Assembly: GCA_038496445.1 (NCBI GenBank)
Contig: JALMLS010000484.1
Location: forward strand, 1-64,000
Source: Trichosphaerium sp. ATCC 40318
Lineage: Eukaryota > Protista > Tubulinea
Length of the DNA stretch: 64,000 bases
Direction: 5' to 3'
The position numbers and the translations under genes are program-made. This document shows, one piece after another, positions 23,401-37,144 of this stretch (its first letter is position 1; each line of letters begins with the position of its first letter). The notes below the pieces were generated by a model. It was given only the letters and a program-made list of their open reading frames with translations, was not told the origin of the DNA and made no database searches.

Positions 23401-26400
23401 AGTTCTTAAGGTAAAATTGTGTCCGTCTCGTCACATTAATGTTCCATACGCGGTCTTCAACCTACCTCAACTCCTCGATGTGCCCGAAAGCACTAGGACT
23501 GTATTGTTGACACATAACTTGTGCTCATCAATGAGACCGACCGAACTATATGGCTACCTCTTTCAGCAGTGGGATCCTAACAATGCATCAAGACGTAATG
23601 CTATTTTGAGCGTCATCAATAAGTTGGATGTCCGAGGTGTATTGCAAAGTAGGAAAAAAACAGTTCGAGATCTCCTAAAAACCATTCCCTTTATCAAAAC
23701 AGCATCATCTATGCGTACTACTACAGAGGTACAAAGACACCTGGTATTTCGTCTTACTGATGCCGTTAAACGTTAGGTATACGATCCATCCTGCCTCTCT
23801 ATTTTTGAACTTGTTGGAGACGATTTCAAGCCATCGAAACACCCTTTTACCTCTACTCTGTGGCTTCAGTTACTAGCAGCATTAGGTAAATTCAGTATAA
23901 AAGTCATGTTCTAACTATCATGCAAAGGGATGAACAAATATTTACGTTCTAATCACGTCATCAGCGTTGTTCTGGAAGCTGCTAAAGGAGATATCGACAA
24001 GGCAAAGAAATTAGCATTGTACATCAATGACAATTACCCGCATCTCGATCTTACTTCTAAGGCTAAAAACTATCTCAAAACCGTGGCGTGGGTACCTATC
24101 ACCAAGTCACCTTCAGTCATCACGGCCATTCCACACAGGCCCAACACAAGAGGTGTTCGCCTATGCGCACCTACTGATGTAGTCCTCAAACCTGAGGCGT
24201 ACTTGGTGTCTCATGCCAAGTATATCGTCGGTTCGAGTAGGATAACCAACCCTGCAGCTTTGAAATTCTTTGGGTGGCACAGAGATCAGATACAACTGTC
24301 TACAGTCATCAAACAGCTTATGCAGATAGTCCAGTTGTATGAGCAAGGTATCAGGTACACACAGAGCATATGTTCGAGTTGGCGCCTAACTTGATTGTTA
24401 AGGGACAAGCATATGCCGGAAGCACTTGACCAGATTTACAACTTTCTTGAGTCAGCAATAAGCATGGCGCCAAGTGATGGTATGGGAGCCACCATTAACT
24501 TCTTAGATACACTAATGTTTATACCACAGACGATCTACGTCCTCTCAAAACAAGTGCGTGGTACTGGCATAAAGATAAATTCCTAGCGCCGTCAGTACTT
24601 TACTTTGCATCGAGAAAGGATTCAATGGAACCTATTCTGTACTCTGTTGGTAGGAACAAATGTGAACGCCTCTTATCTGCATGTGGTGTAACTGATCACC
24701 CTTCTGATCACATTTCTTCAATCTTGTCGGTATGTTGCAATGCGTGGTCAATGGGACTTAGTTTAAGTACTGTTAGGGCTTAAAAGCTATGGAAGCGTGC
24801 AGTACTAAAGTTGAGTCGTGCTATGTGCGCACAGTGTCCAATACTTTACATCACCTTGCCGAGTGTATTCGCGAACAAGGATCTCTTCCACCTGATGTTA
24901 CGAATGGATTCCCAGTGTTAACAGAGAAGCTGACTTTAGCTAATTCAAAGACAACAGTGTTCCTTGATTGTGTCAATGATAAAGCTTCAGTAAGCAAAAC
25001 TCACAGCATCTTACACAACAGCATTTCTCGCAAAGATGCTTCCAGCTTAGGAATAGTATGTGGCACCTATTCCTTCAGTTACATATTATTAAGATTAACA
25101 CCTAGGACCTTAGTAGCACACACGTGGCAGGTGTTGAGTCGATAGGACAACATGAAGATTTTCCAGATAGACTCCGAGAGATTATTAGTGACTATCCCGT
25201 TAGCACAGCTTTCTTTGAGCTTTTGCAGAATGCCGATGATGCTGGCGCAACTGCTTTTGATATAGTGTATGATCAGCGTCCAAAAGAATCACACTCCACT
25301 TCAAGTTTGCTTTCTGGTGCTGGTTTTCTTCAAGGACCATCACTAGTCTTCTACAACAATGCAGAGTTCACAGCAAAGGATTGGGCTAACATTGCCCGAG
25401 TAAGCAAGTCATTTAAGCGAGATGATGACTCAAAAATAGGCAAATTTGGCAAAGGTTCGTGTTATTACTTACTTTCTGAAAGTCCACGTGTTGACTTGCA
25501 AAACAATAGGATTCAACATTGTGTACCATTTTACCAATGTTCCAATGATTCTATCTGGTCAAGATTTTGCAGTATTCGACCCTTTGAAAGCCTACGCCAA
25601 AATGGAGCAGACAGGCGGCGCTAAGATGAAGATAGCCAAAACTGTGTTTCGTTCACACCTTGATCCCTTCGACATAGTGACAAAGGATCAAAAAATACCA
25701 ACATCATCATTCTCCGGAACAGCAGTGAGACTGCCTCTCAGAATAACTGACAAACGACCAACCATTTCAACCAAAATATGGCGAACCCAAGAGATAATGA
25801 AGCTTCTCAATGACTTTAAGGAACAAATGCCAGTCATTTCCTTGTTTCTCAACAACATCAAGCATATACAGTTACACACTATAGATTCATCAGGAAGGAA
25901 GAAGCTCCTCTTCTCTGTGGAGAAGACTATCCAACGTTCAAACCCCATCACAAATGTTACCATAAAAAACAGTGATGGATTGTCAACAAACTGGTTTATC
26001 GCCCAATCAGTACACATTATCTTACCGTCCCTGTTTTTAAATTGTTCTATTCTAGGAAGATGCAGGCCACCCCGTGCGCGTTGCAACACGATGCATGAAG
26101 GAAGCTGGACAAGCTTTTTACTTCTTTCCGTTGGCGTCCATAGATTTATCATGCATACCTGCTATGTTTCATGCTCGTTTTGCGTTGGATTCTAATCGCA
26201 AGTTGGATACAACACAATCCACCAGGAATCAAAGTATACGAAACGCTTTTGCTGAGGCTTATGGGTTATTGTTACACCACATACTCAAAGAAAAGGGTTC
26301 TGCCAGTGTATTGAAGTGCTTGCCTTCAAGTACCGATCTCAACAAGTTCTGGGCACCTCTCATTCCGGTATAAACAAATTTATTTGTTTAACGCTAACTT

Positions 26401-29400
26401 GGTACTTAATAGGCAATTTATAAAGCCTTATATGAACTTAAAGGAGCATTTCTGAGTCTAAATAACATACCTGTGGATCCTTCAAAAGCATTGTTTGTTA
26501 GAGACAATCTCCGGCCGTGTTTGTCTGCTTTAAAATCTATTCCATTCACAAAGATCCGATCACGTGTACTCAATTTGTTATCTCACTATAACAAGGGTGT
26601 TCATGTACTATCAGATGCCGTTCTCCTCAAGTATATAAAAGAAACGCCAGGATGCACTGCTGAATTTACGATACCGTACGTTTAAATCATTTGCATTTGT
26701 TGCTTACTTAGTTCATTTAGTTTGCTGAAAAGCCTCTTAGAATATTTGTGGAAAATTCCTCGTTCACAATTACAAGGAGCTCCTTTGGCTATGACGCATT
26801 CTGGACAGATAGTAAACTTAGGAACCCCCTTGTATTTTAGCTACCACATTGATAACAAACAAATACAGACATTGTGCACTCAATCCTCATTTTTACACTG
26901 TGAATTGACTCAAGCACTTGGTACTTTCATTCTACGCGACTTTTTACTAACGATATGTTATAGCTGGAGCGAAAGGCCTTGGGATAGTAGAATACAAACT
27001 CGAGGACTTGGCTAAAACTCTGACCAGTATTTTTCCACGTGAATGCAGAGGAAAGACAATACCGTTAGATGCTGATATATACTCGGAAGTGAGAGCTGTA
27101 ATGTGGAAACTACTGGAAGCACACTGCACTGATTCTACACGGGACACGTTTTTTGAGAGCGTCAAACATTTGCCGTTAATTCCGTGCAAACGGTCGCTCC
27201 GCGGCCTCAATGGAAACATAGAAGAGAAAGGTACTGCTGAACATATAATTACTTATAATTAAATGGTTAGTGTTTGTGCCGTACACGTTCCGATCCAGGA
27301 TTTTCAAATCAGCCGTTGATTGTGAGTACTATCCACCAAATAGGCTGGGTGCATACACTCTCATACCTGGTATGGTACCCGTTCAAGTATCAAGCATGTT
27401 GTGTCAATATCCTGACTCACAGAATGCGATCAATTTCATTGCGTCAGAAATAGCATCAGTGTTGGCTATAATCAACGCCATGAACCTTACAGAAACTAAT
27501 CAGTACGATCTTCACCACCTACAATTCAACTTACATACAACAGGATTTTGCAATATTTCGCTTCCAGGACGTTTGTGCCATCGTTCAAGTACCTCAAGAA
27601 CCTTCCTTTATTTGAGGTTCATCCCATTCTGCAGCCAACTATATCGGTGACCGTTGTAGAATCACTGCAGAGCATGGCATTGAACTACGTTATCCAACAC
27701 TGCGGCGTATTGGGTTTACAAAACCTTCCAAATGGATTAAAAGGCACAACACTCCAAGATCAGCTATTCAGAATCCGCAAAGAACGACTCGTTGCTTGCA
27801 ATGAAGAATCGGGTATCAAAGAGTATCTCCCGAAGGGATTGCCAGTCATCTCTCACTTGTCAGTTCGCCTCCTTAAACAGGGACCGTACATGGATTTCTA
27901 CAGGCAATTGGGGCTTAGACCTATAAAGTACGATTCGTATCTCAGGCGCTACGTTAAATGTGCTGCATTTAATGCCCTCCCTGCAAATGAAAAAACAGTT
28001 GTTTTGCAGTTCTGCATTGATAACCGTGTTGACTTGACAGGTAATCCTTTTAATCCTCCAAACATTGCCGTGTTTAATGTATCTACAGCGATCGGTAAAG
28101 AATGGAAGTGTGTAAAAGCGAGAAACGGTGAATATGTTGAAGCTTGTAAATTGTATGACCCAACCGACTTTGTGTTCCAACGCTTATTCAAAAATGATGA
28201 CACCAAGTTTCCGCATAGAGGTTTGTGACATTGTTCGAATGTTTTATAAGTTAATTTGCTGACAACTTGCCTTTTTTTAGATTTTTGGGATCGTCAATGG
28301 CAAGCGTTCCTCAGGAATCAACTGGGTATTCAACAAAATGTTACAAAAGAACATCCTTGCTTCAAAGCTTACCAGCAGGCTATCAGTCGCCTCGAGGCCC
28401 AAAAGGAAAACAGTGTTACTGAAGCCATAGAGTTTCTTTCATATGTTGCATCTAAGGGATACGCACTATCTGATCTAGAACAAGACTGTGCCATCATACC
28501 CTGCATGTGGGATGAGAGGCTGAAAAAAGCTTGCACATGGAAGTTTGTGGCTCCCTCTAATGTCGTTTCAGGTACAGTTATGCACCCGTTCTTGAATAGC
28601 ACTAACACATGCCATTTACTAGAAAGCTATGCAACTCTTTGCTGGACAAAAAGCCCAATGGCACCTAAAGGCATACCGCTTGTAGACCACAAGTCAAAAA
28701 AACCAAGTATCGCAACGGTGTTAGAACATCTGAATGCATTACCAGAACACAACAACAAGACAGATATGTCAAAATCTATCTCTAAAATTTACAGATATCT
28801 CAGTCATGAGTCGGAAGCACACGACGATCTTTCACTTCGTTCTGTAACGCCAATATACAGGTACGTGCTGAGTAATTATGTCACTTAACATGGCTATAGA
28901 TTCAATCCCGGATGGAAAGAAAACGCCTCAATTTTCCTACCAGTGACACGTGTATTTGCGAACTTAAAAATGGATATTCCTCCTTTTGCTTACACGGTAC
29001 CTGCAAACTTGGTCCCTGACCTAGTTACCAAGTTCCGAATTAAGTTGTTGGATACACAAACCTTATCAGCCTTATACGCTGAGGCTGTAGAGCACTGTAA
29101 ACAAACGGGTGAACGGATGGCTGTTGAAGCTTTTCTGACACTTATCTCTGACTACCCTGGCACCAAAATCACGTCGCTCCCAGACAGCAACTTCAAATTC
29201 CGGTGTATTCCTTCATTGATTCACAAAGACACAAACTATCACGACGATGCTATCAATCTCGGTGAGATACCTATTGTTCACCCAAGTGTACCAGCGAACG
29301 TAATACAGATGTTACAAGTTCCAAAGCTGACTGAAAAGATGGATATTAGAGTCACCCCAACTTACTTGAAATGCGGCACGTGTATTAAGAATTTGTACCT

Positions 29401-29978
29401 GCTAACAAAAACTAGCATCCGAAGCAAAAGACTACACTGATTTATTGAAGTCTCCTTCATTTGCTAAGGTACATACCCTTGCTTACATTAACTGAAAATA
29501 CTAATCACGGATTTAGGCCATAGCATCTTTGCTTAATGCAGCACGTATAGACCAAAGTATTGTGACTAAAACCCAAAAAAAGTTGGGAGAGTTATCGACT
29601 TATAAAGTATACAACGTCCCAGTTATCACTCAGAGATACTACATCAACGACAAAGACGTGACGGGAGTAGAAAGATGTAGTGAACAATGTCTTATACTAA
29701 GCAAATACAAGGTGCTGTCTGCACTTTACCTTCACCACTCTGACTTGATGTTAGACGATCGTACTCGCACCTGAGTTATCTCACGTTCAACAAGAATTCT
29801 GTTTGTGTTTGGCCTTGCGTGACGCTTTAGGCAATCCTCCCATCAGGCACGTTTCAAACACTATGTTACAGAACTGATTTTCAACAGGTACAATATCGTG
29901 ACACAACTGCTACGTTGTAGGAATGGCAAACTATCGGAACTTAACAAAGTTCTCGAGTACAGCAAAATTAAGCTCTAA
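20401..29978 (+). CDS. Sacsin-like protein with two HSP90-type (GHKL) sacsin repeat modules, many introns
   Basis: Module 1: EKLQNADD, GPALVVYND, GKFGLG, GTLFRFPLRT. Module 2: GQHEDFPDRLREII, ELLQNADDAGA, QGPSLVFYNNAEF, IGKFGK(G), GTAVRLPLR. Also YDP motifs. Ends approximate. Confidence 0.85.
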
Positions 29979-30032
29979 AATGCAATAAATCAGTTTTTTT
30001 ACATGTTTCGACAATAACACTTTTAAGTGGAT

Positions 30033-30875
30033 TTATCTATCCAATCCTCTGAACGTTAAGTTGATACGTGGTTCTTTTATATGCTCTTCAAGTGGAATAC
30101 TATGGTAGTAATAGTGTTGCATCTTACCAAGCATGACAACGAGACTCCCATCGACCTAGATACAGTTAAATGAGTTTTCAATTTTTATGGTCACCGTCTT
30201 TAAAATGTCGCACCAATTTAAACTCTCTATCTGGCACTTCGTCTTTGCGCTCAATAGATCGAATAATAAATGTCCTGGTTGCGCCTATAGATATGGATGG
30301 CACAGTAGTTTTCCCTTTGTTATTGATGTAAGCAAAATGTCACTTGTCTTCAGGCAACGTACCTGGAAGACGATGTGTTTCGTCATAGTGAAACCCGACA
30401 TTGTCTTTACCATCACGGTACAAATTTATAAGCACAAAGTCGAACTTCTCATTCAATAACGCTTCAACTTTCTTGCGTACGATGGTCATTTCTGGAGACC
30501 ACTTCAATGGTGCTTGTTTCTGAAAGAGGGACGCTTCTTTATTGCTGATACCGTCATCTGCCTAAAAATTAAACGTTGTCAATTTAGCGAATCAAAAGCA
30601 CGTTATTGCACATGAGCGCACGTGCCATCCAACTTTGTGCGCGTGGAATCTCTATTGTTTGCTTATTTCCTCCTTCTGGAGTGGGGTACACCGAAGTTTC
30701 CCTGAAAAAGCGTTAAATCGTAATAATCACTCTTTATCTGGTTGTGGTACCATTTACAGACTGATTGTAAGTGTTTAAACAGCTTTGAAGACTCTTCCTT
30801 TGTTAAAAACGTAGGATCCCACAAGATAGATCCACCATCCTCTAAAGTCATTGTACTTCGCTCGTTAGAGTCCAT
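30033..30875 (-). CDS. AlkB-family 2OG-Fe(II) dioxygenase (ALKBH2/3-like)
   Basis: IPRAQSW, LINLYRDGKDNVGFHYD (HxD), GSLVVMLG, YHSIP and RINLTFR motifs. Confidence 0.9.
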
Positions 30876-31941
30876 TTAGGGTTGTTTCGAATATTCTAAT
30901 AGAAAGTGTTGTTTGAAATGCTAACTCAGCTATTATTCACTTGTCTACAAAATGCTATGCCAATTAAGCTTGTCAACTCGCCAAACACCAATGAAGAACT
31001 AACAAGGTGCAACCAAACAGGCAGAACTGGTGATACATTAAGTCATAGAGGCAGTTAAAAAACAAAGTTCACTGATAAGTATCCTTTGTAAGGTACAGTA
31101 GGATTGTTGTGTGCTACACACTGAAAGGTGGAACGAAACGCTAAAGAACTATTTAGGTGCCTCGTAAAAGCACTACCTTCGTTTAAACGGTGTGAGCTGT
31201 TTTGTAGCTGAGACAATATGAACTCGCCTCTAAATGCCACTTGGGCGTATTATTTTAGCGATGGTTCGGTGAGAAAACCAAAGAAGGTAATAACTGTTCG
31301 ACCACGTTTTTTTTATCTGAAATCTAACCAAAACAGTTTAAAGTAAGCCCTGACGATATTGTACTGTATTAATAACTACAGATAGTGTTACTCTCGTTTT
31401 TTATGGGGTATTTAGTTTGCAACAAGGAATTCTAAACTACGTTAGTTCAAATTAGAGTGCTGAGGTAGTCATAGACGTTAAGAAGGTGTTGTGAGTGTCA
31501 AATATACAAATTTCAAAAATAGAAAGTGTGCGGTTTGCGAACGATATGCGTTGTTTTGCGTGTTATAGTAACGATGGTGCGATTTACAGATATTTTGTGG
31601 TAACCCATAATTTATTTTTTGTATATTTGAGCGTGTTTATAAAGCAACAAACAACTTATAATAACAACTGCCGCTTCTAACTTTCATCACTAATCCTGAG
31701 AATTTAATGAAGTAGGGCGTATGTTGATTGCTGTCACCCTTCGTTACGGGTGTTTAAATCAGGTCGCACCTGATACAACAAATAGTTCAACTGCGCTAAC
31801 AGGTAAGGAATTCCGTAACAAAGAACTTTGTGAGGCACCTTCATCCTGATACTGCTGTTGACAGCAGTGAATTTTTTGCACTTCAAGTCAGTTTTTATTC
31901 ACCAAATGTTAACAAAGTTATATTTGTCTACATGCTCAACA

Positions 31942-33871
31942 TTACTCTGTTACAGCGCCTATATATCCGACGCGTTTGTGCACTACAATCCACATGACTA
32001 CTGCTACCATTGCCACAAAGACTAAAACTCCACCAGTAGCACCGAGTGCTAAACCTACTTGTAGATCTTTTTGGCACTTGGTTACTTGCACAATTGCGCC
32101 AAGCCTGTTTGCTTCTCGTCGCCATTCTGTTGTAACCTCGAAACACCCAGTCATGTTCGTCGTAAATATGAAAGTATCAAAAGGTTCGAGGGAAGTGTCA
32201 GCACAGTTGTGTTCCAAAACATCGAAACTGATCTAGAAAAAAATTATGCTTTTAGTAGCTGAAAGATAAGCTGCAGACAACGCACTGGTTCTCCAGAATT
32301 AAGCGCTTCGTTTACACGATTCTTACCCACTGAAACATTGTAGGCTGCCTTTGTTATATTTGCACAACCCATGACTGTCATTGTAGAGCCTATGGTGCTT
32401 ACAATAACATCTTCTTGACTCAACGTAATGTTGGCTAAATGTATTTAAACTGTGGCACATCAATCTAGTATTAGTACCTGTGAAGATAGTAGGAGAAAGA
32501 ATGGCAATGGTTCCTGTTTCATACTCATTAACTATCCATGTTCCATTTACACATTGGCTTGTCGGCGATGGTGGAGGACAGATGCATTTTTTCCCGCATT
32601 GATACCTTGTCTCGTAAGGCGGATACAGTACTGTTATATTGCTACGACCATCAGCGACATAAAGCTTGAGCGTAGTCCCATCCAAGGTGATACTCTGGGG
32701 CCTATGTATAGGAATACTTAACGACTCGTTCGTTCCTACATCTGAAGTCATGTATCGCGCGCTTAGAATATGATGTACCTTGGTGTATAGGTCGTTTCAT
32801 AACTAGGGCGGCGTTATCCCTTGTGCTTAAGACAATCAAGTTTCCTAGTGCATCTACGGCAACACCTAAAGGATGGTTGAATTTATTTTGCTGTTTGTCC
32901 CTTAATACGAACAGATAGTCCCCTATTGCCATCTATTAATTCAATGCAATTGTATTATCGGTACCAGTTGACTCATCGAAGACGTATACACTGTTACGTT
33001 CGGACGTGACAAACACGTGTCCATTCACTTCGTCCAGAGCAATACCCTACAATCATATAAGGAGTTGCTAAACGGGTTCGATTGCGAATACTTGAGTGTT
33101 TCTGAAGCTCCTAGAATCTTTAAAGTATGTTGTAAGCACCACTGCACCTTAACATAGTGTCATGTGAAGCAGTTTCCAAGTTTCGTGCCTTCACCCTCCT
33201 GCAGCAGCAGTTTTAAACCTTTGGGTGGGTAAGCATTGGCAACATATAACGCAGAAAAGTCACTATTAAACAATGTTTGTCGGCAGCCTAAGTGTACTGA
33301 GTGATTGTGGAAAACAAGTTGTTAAATACCCTTTATTCGTGTTCCATTTACCCGTGTTCCATTCGCCAATGTCCTATTTATGGATGGTCCAAAAGTCCAC
33401 AAGATGTTCAAGTCCAAGTCAGAAACGTACTACCAAAAATGATTTTAGAGACGTTAAGGCACAGACATCAGAATGCGTACATAAACGGAATGGCTAATAT
33501 CAACGAATACAATCCTACCACGCAGTCTATCAACTGCAACGCCTTGGAGATTTTGAAAGTTCCGGCCGCGATAAGACGAAACGTTCCGTTGATGTGACCC
33601 TATACCAAATGAGACAAAATAAGAGTCTGGCGCGTTTGTACAAGTGCTGTTGTAAATAGATAAGCCTTTGTTATGCGTAACTACGAAGTTTCCTTCACCT
33701 AGATAATCAACCTCCTGTGGTACTATGCCAAGATCTAGCGTAGTTTCGATAGCGTATACTGTACAACTCAGTTTTTGTAAGAAGGAGTATTTTTGGCTAC
33801 TCACCTGTTGCTGACACGTGATCATACGCAAAAAACAATAAGACTACGACAAAGCTAGCGCTAGCTGTCAT
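31942..33871 (-). CDS. Type I membrane protein with NHL-like beta-propeller repeats
   Basis: Signal peptide MTASASFVVVLLFF; FQNLQGVAVD, FNHPLGVAVD and HRPQSITLD repeats; Cys/Pro linker; C-terminal TM segment VGLALGATGGVLVFVAMVAVVMWIVV-HKR. Confidence 0.75.
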
Positions 33872-34206
33872 GACGATAAATAAAGAAACGCAAGGTGTAT
33901 GACTTAACGGTTATAGTGTCATTTTACATCACGACTACACAGGCACGACCGTCATTACACACTTGAAGATATGAGTAATGTATCACGTCAAACTAAAAAC
34001 GTTGTGAACAGTTTTTGTGCATCGCAGTTTCTAAAAACCCGCCACTGTAGGTGTATTCATTAGAACAATGGAAATCGTGGGATCAGCTGAGTTTCATCTC
34101 AATACGGTGTAAACAGTATTCCAGATTCACCACTAAACAAGTCCGGCAAAAAAAAAAGAGACCCGAGGTGTATGTACAAACAAGGTTTATTCGGAGAGTC
34201 ATTTAG

Positions 34207-35339
34207 TTACTCCAGGTCCTGTTCTATGCATGTGATTGTGTTTCTGATGCTTTTCCACATTTTCTTGGCAACTTCCGGATCACAACTAAAAGCTGCAAGT
34301 GGTGTCTTTTTCTTCAAGTAATAGTAGTCTCCAGACATGCCCTCAAGGTTAGGGTCAGTTCCACAGTACAATGGCGCAGCAGCGCCTTGCTTAACAGTCA
34401 TTGCAAACAACCCAAAGATAGGACTCATAAACCTGGCAAACGCTGAATCACGCATCAAATTAGTTTTGATAACGCCTGGATGGACGAGCGTCATTGTTAC
34501 GTTCGGATCTAGGTATTATATCAAAACGGTTGGCTACCATAAATCGTTTAAACGCACGTTTTTTAAGCCTCCTTGCTTCTTCCACTGCCCACAAGTTCAA
34601 AGCAGTCTTCGACGTGGCATAGCCTATTTCTTATAGTCAGGAGATGCAAAAAGTACTTAATCGTACATTTGGCAACGTCTGTGAATGCCCACTGCTTCTT
34701 GGTCATTTGCTTATATTGATCACTGTCATCGAACTCAATGGCATGTCCTATTTTGTATATATCGCCAGTAACCGCAACAATCCGTGCACTTTCAGACTTT
34801 ACCAAGCAGTCGGATAGCAGTTTAGTCAGATACGCGTTTCCAACAGCATTGATACCAAAGCACACTAAACCATTTAGTATTCAAGAAACGGCTTGTTTTG
34901 ACGTACTTTCGAGATCATGTACAGTTTTTTTGTATGAAGCAGTTGCAATACCTGTTGGTCAAACTGTAAGGCGGAGTGAACGATAGGTATTGTGCAAAGT
35001 ACCCGCATTGAGCATGAGAAGATCAAGTATTTCATGTTCCGCCTTGAACGATTTGGCGAATGAACGTATGCTGGCAAAGTCTCCAAGGTCCAATGGCATG
35101 TATTCTACGCTACCTTTTGAGGACTTGTCGCGTATAGACGCTTCGATGCTGTCTTTAGCTTTTAATGCTGTTTTTTTTGTACGACAGGCTAAAAACGTAA
35201 GGAAACGTTATTAAATAGCAGCTTCAGTACCCATGATGACCTTTTGTTGGTGTTTGACTGCAAGTTCACGGGCAATTTCGACGCCAATGCCTGAATTCGC
35301 TCCTGTTACAATTGCAATGCGTTGATATACAGATGTCAT
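34207..35339 (-). CDS. Short-chain dehydrogenase/reductase (RDH11-14/WWOX-like)
   Basis: IVTGANSGIG, LDLGDFASIRSF, LNAG, YATSK (YxxxK) and VHPGVIKTNL motifs. Confidence 0.9.
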
Positions 35340-35688
35340 AGTATTGTCAATAGGATGAGGTGTGGTGATAAAGAAGGAGAATTGTTTTGTTGATAAAGTT
35401 TAGAATCGACGTGATAAATTTGATAAAATCGGTTATTGGGTTGAAATATTTCACCGGCGGTGGAAAAAATGAAATTTCCCTATTATTTGAAAATATAGCT
35501 TGGAGTGGTAATAGTCTACCTCGCCACTGTAGCTGCGTGGTCAATATGCAGCGAGAAGGAAATGTCGATTGACAGGTTTGTGACAAAAAGGGAGCATGAG
35601 TTTCAATTTTGGTTTAATGCAACCAACCAACCTACACTATCGACTTGTGTGTATCCTTTATTTCAAGTAAAAAACCAAACAGCACAGG

Positions 35689-36985
35689 TTATGTTTTATC
35701 AATTGGACCAATCTGTGATGGGTGGCAAGAAATAACAACCTGCTCCTTCTTTTGACTACTCTTGCGCCACTGTTTTACGAAAATGTTTTGCTGAGCAGCC
35801 ATACAATACTGTTGTGTAACATTATCAAACAAGTGCAGCCTGAAAACAAAGCTGTCGACGCTGTGATGCTTACACGCGCACATGAACTTGCAATTAATCT
35901 AATAGATACAAAGTCAGAAAAAACACATTTTTTGGCCCAAAAAAAATGCCATTGTCTTTCGACGTACCTTGAATATGCCATTCTCTATTTTTATTAGGTT
36001 GTTATTTTTAACAATAGCGATGCGACCACGAATGTGTTGATTCACTTTAAAATACATACGGTTTGAAAAATACTCTACGCAATCACCGCATTGAGACAAA
36101 GGCCGAGAGCTTGTATCCTCGATGGTGCAATACAAAGAAAGCGCCTACAGCATTAACACGTCAGCATAGTGGATAAATAATCGACTCCTCGAAAGTTTGA
36201 ATAATTCAAACACGTGCTTTCTCTCCTTCATCAGGTTTTTTTTTGAAGATTTTTGCATTACCTTCAAAGTCCTTAGTAATGCGTTTTTGTACATCCCTTT
36301 GCGTACCAGAATAACCGACAGCAGTATCCACGTATACACGCCAATTTTCGAAACGTTCTTGAAGAGCTGTGGGTACTTTGCATTCCAGAACATGAAATAA
36401 ATTCCTGTACATTATAGCAGCGTTTTCATCCCTTGCAGCGCGCTTAGAATCGACCTTTCTTGTTCTTGATTTATCCTTCACAACTCTTTTTCGTGGTGCT
36501 TTGTCCTCAACCCTTTTATTGCCGTAGTTTACGCGCGTAGATGACAGTGGAGGCGTATTTTGCCGAGTTTTAGTTTTTCTTTGTACTTTTGACTGTTGTA
36601 CTGCTTTCATTTGAAAACTAGGTGCCGAGGATGAATTAGGAGCGGAATTGCTAGAAAGCCATGGCGTCGGTTCAGCTTCATTTAATAAATTCGTAACTGT
36701 ATTTTTGTTGGGTTGTGCTGCAGTTACGGTTGGTATACTCGCTCTAGTAAAAGTTGCAGCCAATTGTACAGTTCCACCACCATGCGTAGTTACAAAGTCG
36801 CGAGAGCCCGTTACTAGCGATTTAGGAAGCAGACCCGGCTGCTTGTACATTGTGTAAAATTGGTTTGTATTATTCTCAGTAGATGATCCCATTAACCCGC
36901 TGGATGTCTCCAATAGAGGCTCGTCGTCATCAGACATGGCTGTAGAGTAGGCACTGCCCTCATACGAGAAGCTATCCATAGTCAT
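35689..36985 (-). CDS. Putative transcription factor with an SPT23/MGA2-like DNA-binding domain
   Basis: Disordered acidic/Ser-rich N-terminus and basic region, then QCGDC...CKFMCACKHHSVDSFVFRLHLFD, resembling the CxxC...CYCRHH...F.(V/L).F.L.D pattern of Spt23/Mga2. Confidence 0.5.
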
Positions 36986-37144
36986 GGCTTCAAACACTTC
37001 TTATAGCACTAGGAAGCGCTTATGGGAATTTTACGCGTTCTACAAGAAGGTCTTCTTCTCTCTATGTGAACAGTCTGATTTTCTTCAGAATATTTTTGAC
37101 AAAGTTTCAAAAAAAAAGTCGTTTTATTAGGTGACAAGAACAAC

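Noticed and set aside
30900-31930. ~1-kb intergenic region with a small hairpin (atcaggt-cgc-acctgat near 31759) as ncRNA or SECIS
   Set aside because: The 7-bp stem is expected by chance; no tRNA, snoRNA or SECIS consensus and no in-frame TGA in neighbouring genes.
35440-35470. E2F/CHR-like promoter words (GGCGG, TTTGAA/TTGAAA) seen in several upstream regions
   Set aside because: Short motifs in AT-rich DNA; enrichment cannot be shown without computation.
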